DNA from: Octopus sinensis
Taxonomy: Eukaryota
Assembly: GCF_006345805.1 (NCBI RefSeq)
Contig: NC_042997.1
Coordinates: 205,344,001 to 205,408,000 of the forward strand
Direction: 5' to 3'
Length of the DNA stretch: 64,000 nt
Below are positions 1 through 11,852 of the stretch, one piece after another; position 1 is the stretch's first letter; the number at the start of each line of letters is the position of its first letter. A model generated the notes under the pieces. The model had not been told where the DNA came from and made no database searches. It saw nothing but the letters and a program-made list of their open reading frames with translations. The translations under genes were made by a program, and so were the position numbers.

Positions 1-499
1 ATCCAGATTTTCCTTTATGCAATTTAGGGATAAATAAGATTTTTTTCAGTTCCTCGAAAATCAAATATATTAAATCATGTCTCTGGATATTTTGTTTTCT
101 ACAGTGTATATTGATATCAATCCTTGGATTAGCAATGTAGACATCTAACAAATGAAAAGAGTGAATTGAGAAATCATAGAAAAACTTTTTATATGCTATT
201 AAACCATCTGGTTCATCTGGAATCCAGGTAAAATGTCTCGCATTTGCAAAATAATCCAAAGGTATAGGGTTTAGTAGGTTATCAAATTTTTTATCAGATA
301 AATGAACTTCAAAATTGAAAATCTTTTTTTCTAATTTTACTAAACGAAATAAAATCTCACTGACATTGGGAGAAATTTGAATTTCACAATCATTGTCGAG
401 TTCCTTCGCATCGATGTTTAGTGATGTCAGTGTGACAATAAGAATGACTGAAAGAATAAGAGAACTGGTCGCTGCTGTTATCGTCTGCATGGCAGCCAT
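1..499 (-). CDS. 5' part of an unidentified secreted or membrane protein with signal peptide; open to the window edge
   Basis: ATG at 499 then 166 codons with no stop (MAAMQTITAATSSLILSVILIVTLTSLNIDAKELDNDCEIQISPNV...FANARHFTWIPDEPDGLIAYKKFFYDFSIHSFHLL...). Hydrophobic N-terminus. Acceptor-like tttatttacag about 10 nt upstream of the ATG. Missing from the ORF track because it has no stop in the window. Confidence 0.6.
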   Translation of the reverse strand, partial: MAAMQTITAATSSLILSVILIVTLTSLNIDAKELDNDCEIQISPNVSEILFRLVKLEKKIFNFEVHLSDKKFDNLLNPIPLDYFANARHFTWIPDEPDGLIAYKKFFYDFSIHSFHLLDVYIANPRIDINIHCRKQNIQRHDLIYLIFEELKKILFIPKLHKGKSG

Positions 500-1591
500 A
501 TTTGGTTATCTGTAAATAAAGAAAGATTGAACAAGTCAAATTAATGAAGAATAATGTATTTTCTTCATTTTGTAAGTTTTTGAAATGGAGAATATTTATT
601 TAAAGTAAAATGTAAATTAATTAATATACATAAATATTTTGGTCGATATATCCCAGGAAATCTTGTTTTGTTGTTTCCATTTCTCCATTGATTTTTGTTG
701 TATTCATTCCTCATTTACCATTAAATGGGTTCTGAGAAACTTTTAATTGCAAGAAATTCCGGAAAGTATTCATTATAAACTGAATGTAAATCTATTTTAT
801 TGTTTATTTTTCTAATAAAAAGAAGTATTGTGGCCAGCGAGGCAGAGGAATTGTTTATATTTTGCTGTAACGAACTTTCTCTCTATTTTTTGTTGTAATA
901 TTTTCTAATTTAAAGTTTAGTGAATTCTTGAGGATTTTGTGATTGCAATCAATCTTTGGATTTACTCTGTTCCTAATTTATAAATGTTAATAATTGTATG
1001 AAAACCTGTGAAACTGGAATGACATTTGAACGAGGCCATATTCGAATTGAAAACGCAGATGTATGAAGCTAGGAATAATTTTGAATTAATAAAGTTTCTT
1101 GTGGCACTGTGTTCTCATGCGAACTTTCGAGTCCATGCTTCACTGAATGTCTTGTAACAGGCAGAGGATATTCTATGTTGCACTGTTTATAGGGGTGCAA
1201 AGGACAATTCTCCTGAGCTCCCTTGATATTGGCAGACCCCGCGATATTGGGATCCCACGCGATATTTGAGGACTCATCGATATTGGCGCTCCAATGATAT
1301 CGGGGGCCCATTTCTAAGAAGGATACGGAACACTCAATACAGGGAGGCTCTCCACTTCCCTGCCGTCTTGCAAGAAGAGGCTGTCTTTCAAATTACAAAC
1401 ATCACAGCTTCTTTTAAAATGGAATGGATTCTCTCTAATGCTAAATAACCATAGATTTTTCCACCACAGCGACATCAATTTATTCAATTCAAACAAGCCC
1501 CAAATGTTGCTAGAGATCTTTCTACTTTAGGGACACCCGTCTCAATACAATGACAGACATCAATGACGTCTCTTGAAAATGTATGTATATA

Positions 1592-1599
1592 TGTATGTA

Positions 1600-1652
<53 letters not shown>

Positions 1653-2100
1653 TGTGTGTGAATCTATAGAGATAAAGAATCTCATTAAAAGAAACAAGTT
1701 TTATAAATCTTTAGTTCAAATTCTTTCTTTCAACGAATGATGGAGCAGTGACCTTCGAATGACCACTTGCAAATATAAAGGTACACACGCACATGCACTC
1801 GCGCACACACGTACACACACGCACACACACACACGAACACGAACACACACACTAACACACACACTCACATACTTACACACCCATGCACACACAAACACAC
1901 ACACAAACTCACATACACACACCCCCACACACACACATGCACACACTCACACATACATTCACACACATGTTCCCACACATACAAACAAACACTCACACAC
2001 ACACACATATATATATATACAAACACACACACACACGCATTCACATACATGCACAAACACACACACACACGCGGGCATAAGCATTTACAGACACACGCAC
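1592..2100. repeat. (GT)n followed by degenerate (CA)n microsatellite
   Basis: Directly visible dinucleotide repeats; source of the spurious C/V and T/H-rich ORFs. Confidence 0.95.
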
Positions 2101-2630
2101 AAACATATCGTCTGGAAGCCGTTCAGCGACGTGCAACCAAGGGAATTCCCTCCATCAGGCGTTTGCCATATTCTGAACGCCTTACTTCCCTGGGCAAGGA
2201 TACATTGAAACCCCGACGTCTGGCAGCTGACTTGGCAGACACCCATAAAATTATTAACCATCTCACAAACAATAACTCTGAGCACCTCTTCAAACTCCAC
2301 CTGTCTAACACCCGTGGACATGTTTACAAAGTCAGAAAACAGCACAGCTCCTTCCATGACTTTCGGAAACATTTTTTCACGCTAAGAGTTGCTGAAGCAT
2401 GGAACAAACTGCCAGCATCAGTTGTTAGTTGTTGGAGCACTGCATCCTTCAAAACTTCCATGCTTCCTGAGATTCGCCAACACTACACCTGATTTTCTCT
2501 CCTCCATACACACGCAAGCATGTATCTGACTCATACACTGTTCACTTCCCAGACATTTGTACATTACTGCAGATGCTTTATACGCACTTTTGACAAGTTG
2601 TGGTGCACCTGAGCACTGTATACAATAATT

Positions 2631-2689
<59 letters not shown>

Positions 2690-2690
2690 G
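2095..2690 (+). mobile_element. CR1-type LINE 3' fragment with (ATT)n tail
   Basis: ORF 2049-2492 ends in ...TRGHVYKVRKQHS...RKHFFTLRVAEAWNKLPASVV...SFK, a typical CR1 ORF2 C-terminus; then 3' UTR and ATT tail. Confidence 0.8.
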
Positions 2691-2799
2691 ATAAGACACG
2701 ATCAATCAGCGTCCGAAACCATGTTCTTGGAATCTTGGTCATGACTGTAGCAATTGTTATTGTTTTTACTGAAAACTACTATATTAATTAAGTAATGAT

Positions 2800-3385
2800 A
2801 AATAATAATACTAATTACAGAAAAGAATATTACGAATGTAGATGACATTTATTTTCGAATAAATAAATGTCATCTCGAACAATTAAACAAAAGGTTTAAT
2901 GGGCACAGATTCGACGTCAGGCACAATAACAGTAGTTCGACAAAACTTGCAGAACATTTCGCTGCAATTTTGAAGAAGACTTGAAAGTGCATATTCTCAG
3001 AAAATATTCTGAATCTGCTTCACTTTCACTTCTCAAAATGCATGAGGAGAAATATGTTTGTGGGTTATTAGCATCACACTCTGGAGGAGTGAATGAAATG
3101 ACAGGAGAATATCATCAAATTCATACAAAACTGTTTGATTAGATATTCTTCTTTCTCTCCTTTTCTTTCCTTTTTTCTGTCGTCTTCTTTTTTCTGTTTT
3201 TTTCTGTCTTTTTCTTTTCACCTGTTATAAAATCGTAACTTAAAAACTGATGATGTTATCCCATCAACGTGTGGACGCTGGCTGCTCTCGTTCATACTTT
3301 ACGTTTAAATTTCTGTAATTTTGAATTTTTTTCACCTCTTATTTTGAACTTGACAAAGACAGACATACTGTTGAAATATCGTTCA
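2800..3385 (+). mobile_element. Penelope-like element 3' remnant (GIY-YIG endonuclease end plus pLTR)
   Basis: Frameshifted translation RFNGHRFDVRHNNSSSTKLAEHF...LKVHIL...GVNE resembles the PLE endonuclease; followed by a pyrimidine tract and a decayed hammerhead at 3344-3386. Confidence 0.6.
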
Positions 3386-3386
3386 G
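3344..3386 (+). ncRNA. decayed minimal type-I hammerhead ribozyme motif
   Basis: ttgaac-TTGACAA-a-gacag/acata/ctgtt-GAAA-ta-TC-gttcag. P1 and P2 pair; the core is altered by C>T and G>A transitions, mostly at CpG sites. Confidence 0.5.
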
Positions 3387-3586
3387 TTGTCGGAGCACTG
3401 CATCATTCAAAACTTCCATGCTTCTTGAGATTGGCCATCACTACACCTGATTTTCTCCCCTCCATACATATGCAAGCATGTATCTGAGTCATACACTGTT
3501 CACTTTCCAGACATTTGTACATTACTGCAGATGCTTTATACGCACGTTTGACAAGTTGTGGTGCACCTGAGTACTGTATACAATAA

Positions 3587-3626
<40 letters not shown>

Positions 3627-3680
3627 GTTGTTATTGTTATTATTATTGTTGTTATTGTTGTTGTTATTATTATTATTATT
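3386..3680 (+). mobile_element. second, 5'-truncated CR1 3' tail with ATT/GTT repeat
   Basis: Roughly 90% similar to 2440-2690. Confidence 0.8.
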
Positions 3681-3681
3681 A

Positions 3682-4655
3682 TATGTTTGATTTTGCTTTA
3701 TATTTGTACAAGTTGGCTCCAAGTCTCACCCGGAGACCTCAAGAGACAACAGGCTGGAAGTTCACGTTGTTGTTATGCCTAGTGTGCCATATATTTGGTT
3801 GTTTTTTGTGTTGTACTGGTGGATGTCTGAAAAAAAAAAGAAAACAAATGTTTGTTTTAAACCTTGAGATTACATAGAAAGTATTTTGCGTAGGATATGA
3901 GCAGTTCCCATGAGCACTATCTTTTGAATTTCTGCCATTTTGGGGTTTCCTGGTATCTGAGTTAGGTAGCTATCAGCCCCTTTTGCTATCATTCCCAGGG
4001 AACCTATGACAACAGGTATTGTTTTAGTCTTCAGGTTCCACATTTTGCTGATTTCTATTTCAAGATCTTTATATTTGCTCAGTTTTTGGTAGGTCTTGAC
4101 AGATACGTTTATATCGATTGGGACAGTCATATCAATGAGGAGGCATGTTCTTTGTTGAAGTCTTTCAATATGATGTCTGGCCTATTTGCATCTATCTTTC
4201 TGTCAGTTTGAATGGTGAAGTTCCAGAGGAGTGAGATGTGGTCATTTTCAAGCACTGGGGGTGGTTTGTGTTCCCGCCAGTTTTTTTCATGGGGTAAATC
4301 CAGGTTTTTGCAGATTACCCAGTGAATATATTGTGCAGCTCTATCGTGCCTGTTGAGATACTCTGTAGGCGCTAGAAGACTGCACTTGGAGACCACATGA
4401 TCAATGGTTTCATTTTGTTGTCGGCATACACGACACGTTGGACTGCTGCTGGTATTTAATATGTTGGCCCGGTAGTTTCTTGTTGGTAGGCATTGATCTT
4501 GAGCTGCTATGATAAACCCCTCTGTTTCAGATTTTAAGCCAGAGGCCACTAGCCATTGATGGGTCAGGGCTTTGTCAATATCTGCATTATTCGCTCTCTT
4601 TGGGTATTTGCCATAGAGAGGTTTTTCTTGCCATTTATCATTCAGAATATCTAAG
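3682..4655 (-). mobile_element. R4/Dong-type non-LTR retrotransposon 3' fragment (CCHC plus restriction-like endonuclease)
   Basis: CRVCRQQNETIDHVVSKC...RHD...NRPDIILKD and KLSKYKDLEIEISKMWNLKTKTIPVVIGSLG; (TAA)n on both sides. Confidence 0.85.
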
Positions 4656-4687
4656 GCCGCAGATTATTATTATTATTATTATTATTA

Positions 4688-4724
<37 letters not shown>

Positions 4725-4889
4725 GATAAGACACGATCAATCAGCGTCTGAAACCATGTTCTTGAAATATCGTTCAACTAATAAAATATCTTACAATCGA
4801 ATCGCGCTCTTCGTCTTGACTGTTTACCTTTGGGAAGAGTTATGTCAATCCTTTTTTAAATATATTAATAATAATAATAATAATAATAA

Positions 4890-5290
4890 TAGTGTTCATT
4901 GAGAAAGAAAGCAAACGAATATCGTTGAGAAAGAAATCAGACGTTGCTGGATCATAGATATAGCTTGCCCAGCTGACAACAAGGTATGCGATAAAGAAGA
5001 AAGAAAAGTCGATTGCTATGACGGGTTAGCTTGGGAGGTTAAGCAGTTGTGAGCGCTGAAAAAGGTGGTAGTAGTACCAATAATTGAACAGTGAGTAAAA
5101 ATCTTGAGAAGTACATGGAACAAATAGAGACTGCAAAAAGGGTGGAGCACTTGCAAAAAACAGCACTGCTTAGAACCGCTCGAATACTCCGGATGGTACT
5201 CGAAAAATAAGGGGGTGTTACCTTAGTTTACTGGGAGTGAACAGCTGACACCGTAGCATATCTCCAGCGTTAGAAGCTGAGTAAAGACAA
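4890..5290 (+). mobile_element. R4/Dong-type 3' fragment, degraded
   Basis: Broken translation DVACPADNKVCDKEERK...QKTALLRTARILRMVLEK; flanked by (TAA)n. Confidence 0.65.
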
Positions 5291-5343
5291 TAAATAATAA
5301 TAGCAATAATAATAAAGATTCAGATGGAATCGCATACTTGAAA

Positions 5344-5515
5344 AGGCGCAGGAGTGGCTGTGTGGTAAGTAGCTTGCTAACCAACCACATGGTTCCGGGT
5401 TCAGTCCCACTGCGTGGCATCTTGGGCAAGTGTCTTCCGCTATAGCCCCGGGCCGACCAAAGCCTTGTGAGTGGATTTGGTAGACGGAAACTGAAAGAAG
5501 CCTGTCGTATATATG

Positions 5516-5566
<51 letters not shown>

Positions 5567-5735
5567 TTGTGTGCTGGTGTGTTTACATCCCCGTCACTTA
5601 GCGGTTCGGCAAAAAGAGACCGATAGAATAAGTACTGGGCTTACAAAGAATAAGTCCCGGGGTCGATTTGCTCGACTAAAAAAAAGGCGGTGCTCCAGCA
5701 TGGCCGCAGTCAAATGACTGAAACAAGTAAAATAA
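5344..5735 (+). mobile_element. tRNA-derived SINE with internal (TA)n
   Basis: A-box-like TGGCTGTGTGG, B-box-like GGTTCAGTCCC and a GGGCAAGTGTCTT core; homologous copies at 8325-8875 (-) and 46550-46935 (+). Confidence 0.85.
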
Positions 5736-5850
5736 AAAATAAAAAATAAAAGAATATGCACCAGGTAGGGTTGAATAAACCTGCGCTCATCTTCGAATTA
5801 AAAAAAATTAGTAAGAAACAGCTGTAATGAGCTGATAATAATCCATCGTC

Positions 5851-6079
<229 letters not shown>

Positions 6080-6149
6080 GCCTTTCCATGATAGAAAACT
6101 CAACAAAAAAGTACTCCATCTAGTGAGGGATAAATACTATTTATTTAAA

Positions 6150-6250
6150 AGCTGATACAATACATTTATTTAAACGCGGACACAATACATGTATTTAAAG
6201 GCGGACACAATACATGTATTTAAAGGCGGACACAATACATGTATTTAAAC
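6150..6250. repeat. 25-bp minisatellite (GCGGACACAATACATGTATTTAAAG), about 3.5 copies
   Basis: GCGGA recurs at 6176, 6201 and 6226. Confidence 0.85.
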
Positions 6251-6554
6251 ACTACCAATAACTAGAAGTTATTCAAATGGTACAATACATGCATTTAAGC
6301 GCTAATATATATATATGAGATGTATTGGTGTCTGGAAAACCCAAAGAGTGGGAGGTAATGCTAAGCGCTATGGACAGACCGTAATTATACTCGTGGTTGG
6401 ATAATGATACGAGTGAGGAGACTAAAGTGGGTCACTCGTGTGTGTGTGTGTGTGTATGTGTGTGTGCGCGCGTACGGCATGTGAGCGTGTGCATGTATGT
6501 ACGTATGAGCATGTCGTAGACCTCCGTTCTTTCTTGCTGCGGGTGATTTGTTTG

Positions 6555-6968
6555 TTTGATTGTTTGTTGAGCGAAGCGGTCTTCGGCCCAGAGCTCGCAA
6601 GATCGCGCCTCAGGATTGTCTGTAGTGGGAGAAGTCCGAAACGTGGTCCTTTGCTATTCGTAAGACCCGCAAGAGAGAAAGCAGGTCAACCCCCCCCCCC
6701 CGACACCGAGAGCATCGACGGATGGATGAATGCGCATCCAGGCTCAGCGGTTGCGTAGGAAGTCGGGGGAAAAATAAACAGGAAGAAAGAGTGAGAGAAA
6801 GTTGGAGCGAAAGAGTACAACAGGGTACGCCACCACCCCCTGCCGGAGCCTTGTGGAGCTTTAGGTGTTTTCGCTCAATAAACACACACAACGCCCGGTC
6901 TCGGAATCGAGACCGCGATCCACCAACCGCGAGTCTTCTGCCCTAACCACTGGGCCATTGCGCCTCCA
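6555..6968 (-). mobile_element. tRNA-derived SINE, second family
   Basis: The minus strand begins GGAGGCGCAATGGCCCAGTGGTTAGGGC...CTCGATTCC (A and B boxes) and ends in AAAC repeats. Confidence 0.7.
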
Positions 6969-7699
6969 CTGCTGCGGGTGATGAGAAATGGCTGGCGACT
7001 TATCGAAACGTTGCACGTTACTTAAGTGTATGTGCATATACACAGATAAGAAAATTAAAAGGGAAAGAATTAGAGAAAGTAAGAGAGGTGGGGAGGGAGT
7101 CTTGAAAAATTGACAGTTAAAACGTATCATAATTCAAACTTACAGTTTAGCTGATTGATAAGTCGTCTCACCGATCACGTTGACTCTGAGTAGACATTCA
7201 AAATCATTGAAGCAATTATGAGATCACCATGATTAAATATATAATTAGTCTGATGAAATTAAACTGAATTAATATCAGTATTATGTTTCCCTATCCACGG
7301 TAAAACTAGGGTAAACTTTCACGTAATATATACTGAAGCCTTACTCCTCTCTGTGATGTAAACAGGAATAAAAATGTTTCAGAAGCTTATCTAGACAAAT
7401 ATGTGGGTTTTTCCGCTTTTTTGTTTACTGGTTGTCACTGCAAACGAAATGCACGACAGTTAATTATTTGAAGTGCCGATCTAGTAACATTGTTAAGTTC
7501 CGTCTTCTTTAACAATATGACAACGAGAAAAAAAAAGAAAGACAAAAAAAGAGGTACTAGTTGAATACTTCAGATCACTTAAATGAAATACAAGAGCAGC
7601 ACTTGAGATAATGTGACCCAACACAAGTTTCATTTGTGATACAGAAATATCTATAATACAAAGAGATACATATAAGATAATTAAATTATTTTTAATAGC

Positions 7700-8055
7700 C
7701 CACAGAGCGCTAAAAATAGCGGGGACAAACAGGGACAGACAAATGGATTAAGTCGATTATATCGACCTCTACTGCGTAACTGGAACTTATTTAATCGACC
7801 CCGAAAGCATGAAAGGCAAAGTCGACCTCAGCGGAATTTGAACGCAGAACGTAACGGCAGACGAAATACCTATTTCTTTTCTGCCCACAAGGGGCTACAC
7901 ACAGAGAGGACAAACAAGGACAGACAAACGGATTAAGTCGATGTAATCGACCACTAGTTCGTAACTGGAACTTATTTTAATCGACCCCGGAAGGATGAAA
8001 GGCAAAGTCGACCTCAGTGGAATTTGAACTCAGAACTTAACGGCAGACGAAATAC
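7700..8055 (-). mobile_element. tandem pair of partial SINEs, third family
   Basis: Two adjacent copies of ...GATTAAGTCGA...GAAAGGCAAAGTCGACCTC...GGCAGACGAAATAC; the same family occurs at 12260, 43735, 47100, 59800 and 60205. Confidence 0.8.
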
Positions 8056-8324
8056 CATATTTCCATATGCCATATTTTCCCGCTTTGCTTGAATATTCTA
8101 TCCTGTCTCTGCCGTTCTATCAGAGCTTGTGCGTTTGAAAGTATATTACTATCTTATTTGTATCTCACAATACATATTTCAGCGCGTCTAAGGCAAACAT
8201 TAGTTTGTTTACATTTATCGTAACATAATATAAACTGTTGACTCATGCTTCTGGTTATTAAAGCAGAATCGTTAGCACGACGCACAAAAATCGTTGGCGA
8301 GATTTCTTTCATTTTTTAAAAATA

Positions 8325-8875
8325 TATTTCTGTTACTTGTTTCAGTCATCTGACCGCAGCCATGCTGGAGCACCGCCTTTAGTCGAACAAATCAACCCAG
8401 GACTTTGTAAGCCTAGTACTTACTTATTCAGTCATTGTAAGCCTAGTACTTATTCTATCGGTATCTTTATGCCGAACCGCTAAGTTAATGGGACATAGAA
8501 CACGCCAACATCGGTTGTCAAGCGATGGGGAGGGAATAAACACAGAAATATAAATATGACACCACACCGGATGTTACCTTCGTCTGTGGACACTGCTCAC
8601 GGACGTGCCTTTCCCATATCGGACTTGTCAGTCATGAGCGTGCATGCACGCGACGTGGACAGCCTTCCTGAGATTCGTTCGCGAAGCCGAGCCATGATAT
8701 ATATATATATATATATACGACGGGCTTCTTTCAGTTTCCGTCTAGCAAATCTACTCAGAAGGGTTTGGTCGGCCCCAAGCCATAGCAGAAGACACTTGCA
8801 CAAAGTGCCACGCAGTGGGCCTGGACCCGGAACCGTGTGGTTGGTAAGCAAGCTTCTTACCACACAGCCACTCAC
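8325..8875 (-). mobile_element. tRNA-derived SINE nested in an older SINE
   Basis: Reverse complement of the 5344 family. The flanks (about 8265-8315 and 8875-8974) belong to a third-family SINE. Confidence 0.75.
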
Positions 8876-8974
8876 GTTCTGAGTTCAAATGATGCTGAGG
8901 ATGACTTTGCATTTCATCCTTTCGGGGTCAGTGAAATAAAGTACCAGTCACCCATAATCAACGTGTAATCGATT

Positions 8975-9578
8975 TGTAGTGATACTATAACGGTGCGCGC
9001 GCGCGCACCGTCCATTTTCTATTTCGCGCGTGTTGGTGCCTTCACCAAGGCACAGAAAGGAAGGGCCCTCTCGCGCATGCGCGAACCACCGGAAGCACGA
9101 CCCTTTTGCCTACCTGGTGGTTAGCCAAGGTAAGGGGGTCGTAGAACGTTTGACCGCTGGCAGCAGCAGCGGCGACTTGGGACAGCAGCGATTGAAGGAG
9201 ACGGTCACGCATATTTTCTCTCCGTTCGAACTTGCTTCTAGCAGTCCTTACCAAAAGGCCTTTAACCTGGATTGTTGCAGACATCATCTTCTTCCTCCGG
9301 ACGCCATTTTGACCCTTTTCTGTTTTGGTGGCTGAACATTGTAAATATTACAATCGATTAACTTTCAGCATTGCGCGCCCAGAACCAAGGACATCAGATA
9401 ACACACTTATTGTTATTGTTACCAAGAAAGAGAATAAAGTAGTATATATATATTTTACGTCTGCGTCTTGTTGTTTCTGACTGGTAGAATTCTGGATTAT
9501 TAAAGCAACGGCTAGTGATTGCTTTCTTGTACCCCGAAAGTACAAGACAAGATATTCACCCTCGCTAAGCTCGTTACA
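8975..9578 (+). repeat. 5' LTR
   Basis: Direct repeat of 11122-11723, about 7 differences by eye. Confidence 0.95.
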
Positions 9579-9579
9579 C

Positions 9580-9598
9580 TGGTGACCCCGACGTGATT
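9580..9598 (+). promoter_or_regulatory. primer-binding site complementary to tRNA-Trp 3' end
   Basis: TGGTGACCCCGACGTGATT, 1 nt after the LTR, is the complement of eukaryotic tRNA-Trp ...AATCACGTCGGGGTCACCA. Confidence 0.9.
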
Positions 9599-11121
9599 CT
9601 GGTCTAAAACCAGAGATCACTTAACAACAAAAAAATCCAGTTTTTCTGCGAAGTCGGAACACGATTTAACTCTACGCATTCATCTTTCGACGATTTGTTT
9701 CCGGCCACCACAAACAGTTGTAGAAGGAGCCTCTTTCTTATTCTACAGCCAATATGACGGACGCCATCACATCATCGATGCTATTTCTCTGCCTTCGTCA
9801 TCATCATCGTCGTCTTTCTACTTCACGTCGTCGCTATCTTCGTCGCCATCATCACTAAGCACGATGTTGTCTCAAGTCCACTACAGTCGCCACCACCACC
9901 GTCGCCTTTCAACACCGTCGACCTCCACCAAGATGTACATAGCAAGTCGCGGAAGTTTGGTCCACTTGCCGTTTGTGCATTAGCACACCAAGAATTCACA
10001 GCCCAGCACTATCTACGAGATTTCTTCTGTTCCAGTTAACCTGTCACAGCATTGAAGCCACAACCGCTACACGATATGTGTTCAATCGGCATCTGCATTT
10101 GTGATTTCAACATTTCTGTTACAGAACGAACTGCTATTGTACATCAGGCTATTACAGACTAGTAAATTAACTCTTGTCTGGAATAGCCTTGAGAGACATT
10201 TTTTCTATGCGCTGTATTTATTTTTTTGCTCGCATTCACCTTGTATGTATTTCTGTCGCACACACGTACACACACATAAATGCTCTCTCTCACATACATA
10301 CGTCACACATGCTTTTCTCGCTTGTTTCTTTTCCATGCTAAATTTGCCTTTTGTGGACACACCTCATTTCTATAGACCCTAGGTCGGTCACGTATACATA
10401 GAGAGGGTTGTTTGTCCATTATAACGCGCCGGCATGCCATACCTTTGTTCCTGTACGGACGAGGCATATAATCGCTCAACCACTGGCATATTCTTGCTGT
10501 TTTTTGGTCTGGCAAGCACTATTGCATTTCATGCGCCTTGCTTCGCACGTGTATTGCCTTGTTTTTTGCAACACGTTTGCGCTAGCTTAATTCTTTTCCC
10601 GACTCATGGGGCGTCGGATGTTCACATGCGCTGCGCCATGTTTAGGCGTAATTATTTTTCCCTGTTAGACCACTGTTGGTCACGTAATTAACAGAAAGTT
10701 ATCTGTGTCGCGCATCACACCAGCATGTTTGCACCTTTGCCTTTTGTGTTACTAGCGAGCTTCTGTCAATTCCATTTCCTCTCCTGCAGCAATTGATTTA
10801 ACTGCTATTTTGCAGGATCAACCACCTTTAGAGAAGTTGGATTTTAATTTCGTCTAGGTTCAATAACTGTGAGTTCTGCCTTTTCTTCCGCTTCCTTCAG
10901 CGGAAGGTTCTATACTTTGTGACGTATACACTTTCATGCATGCACTCTTGATTTTTGCTCATTGAGTATTTTTTTCTCTTTTTCCTTTAGTAAATTTCTT
11001 GTGTATGTTATAAATTTTGCCATTATATTATTGTGTGCTATTTGGTTATCTGGTGTCCACCTTGAGTTTTGCAGTCACTACAATAAGTTTCCTTTCGTGC
11101 GTACGCACTGGAGGGGAGCCT

Positions 11122-11723
11122 TGTAGTGATACTATAACGGTGCGCGCGCGCGCACCGTCCATTTTCTATTTCGCGCGTGTTGGTGCCTTCACCAAGGCAC
11201 AGAAAGGAGGGCCTTCTCGCGCATGCGCGAACCACCGGAAGCACGACCCTTTTGCCTACCTGGTGGTTAGCCAAGGTAAGGGGGTCGTAGAACGTTTGAC
11301 CGCTGGCAGCAGCAGCGGCGACTTGGGACAGCAGCGATTGAAGGAGACGGTCACGCATATTTTCTCTCCGTTCGAACTTGCTTCTAGCAGTCCTTACCAA
11401 AAGGCCTTTAACCTGGATTGTTGCAGACATCATCTTCTTCCTCCGGACGCCATTTTGACCCTTTTCTGTTTTGGCGGCTGAACATTGTAAATATTACAAT
11501 CGATTAACTTTCAGCCTTGCGCGCCCGGAACCAAGGACATCAGATAACACACTTATTGTTACTGTTACCAAGAAAGAGAATAAAGTAGTATATATATATT
11601 TTACGTCTGCGTCTTGTTGTTTCTGACTGGTAGAATTCTGGATTATTAAAGCAACGCTAGTGATTGCTTTCTTGTACCCCGAAAGTACAAGACAAGATAT
11701 TCACCCTCGCTAAGCTCGTTACA
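11122..11723 (+). repeat. 3' LTR
   Basis: Preceded by the polypurine tract and followed by GATT. Confidence 0.95.
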
Positions 11724-11852
11724 GATTAAACTCCTCTCGTTGCTGACCTTGTGCCAAAACTTGAAATATTTAATGTCTCTTGCAGTGAATACCTTAACTA
11801 TAAAATACATAATATATTCGGCAGTAAATCTTCTGATCTCGGTGGGACTTAC

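Larger units (their letters stand above)
8975..11723 (+). mobile_element. non-autonomous LTR retrotransposon (Ty3/Gypsy, CsRN1-like hallmarks)
   Basis: TGT...ACA LTRs of 604 and 602 bp, 4-bp target duplication GATT (8971-8974 and 11724-11727), PBS at 9580, purine tract GGAGGGGAG just before the 3' LTR; no gag or pol ORF inside. Confidence 0.92.

Noticed and set aside
6620-6660. GTCCGAAACGT as a hammerhead half
   Set aside because: No matching CUGANGA or P1; it falls within a SINE tail.
9030-9335. 101-aa ORF repeated at 11017-11481
   Set aside because: It lies inside the LTR, has no recognisable domain, and the two LTRs differ by a frameshifting indel near its start.
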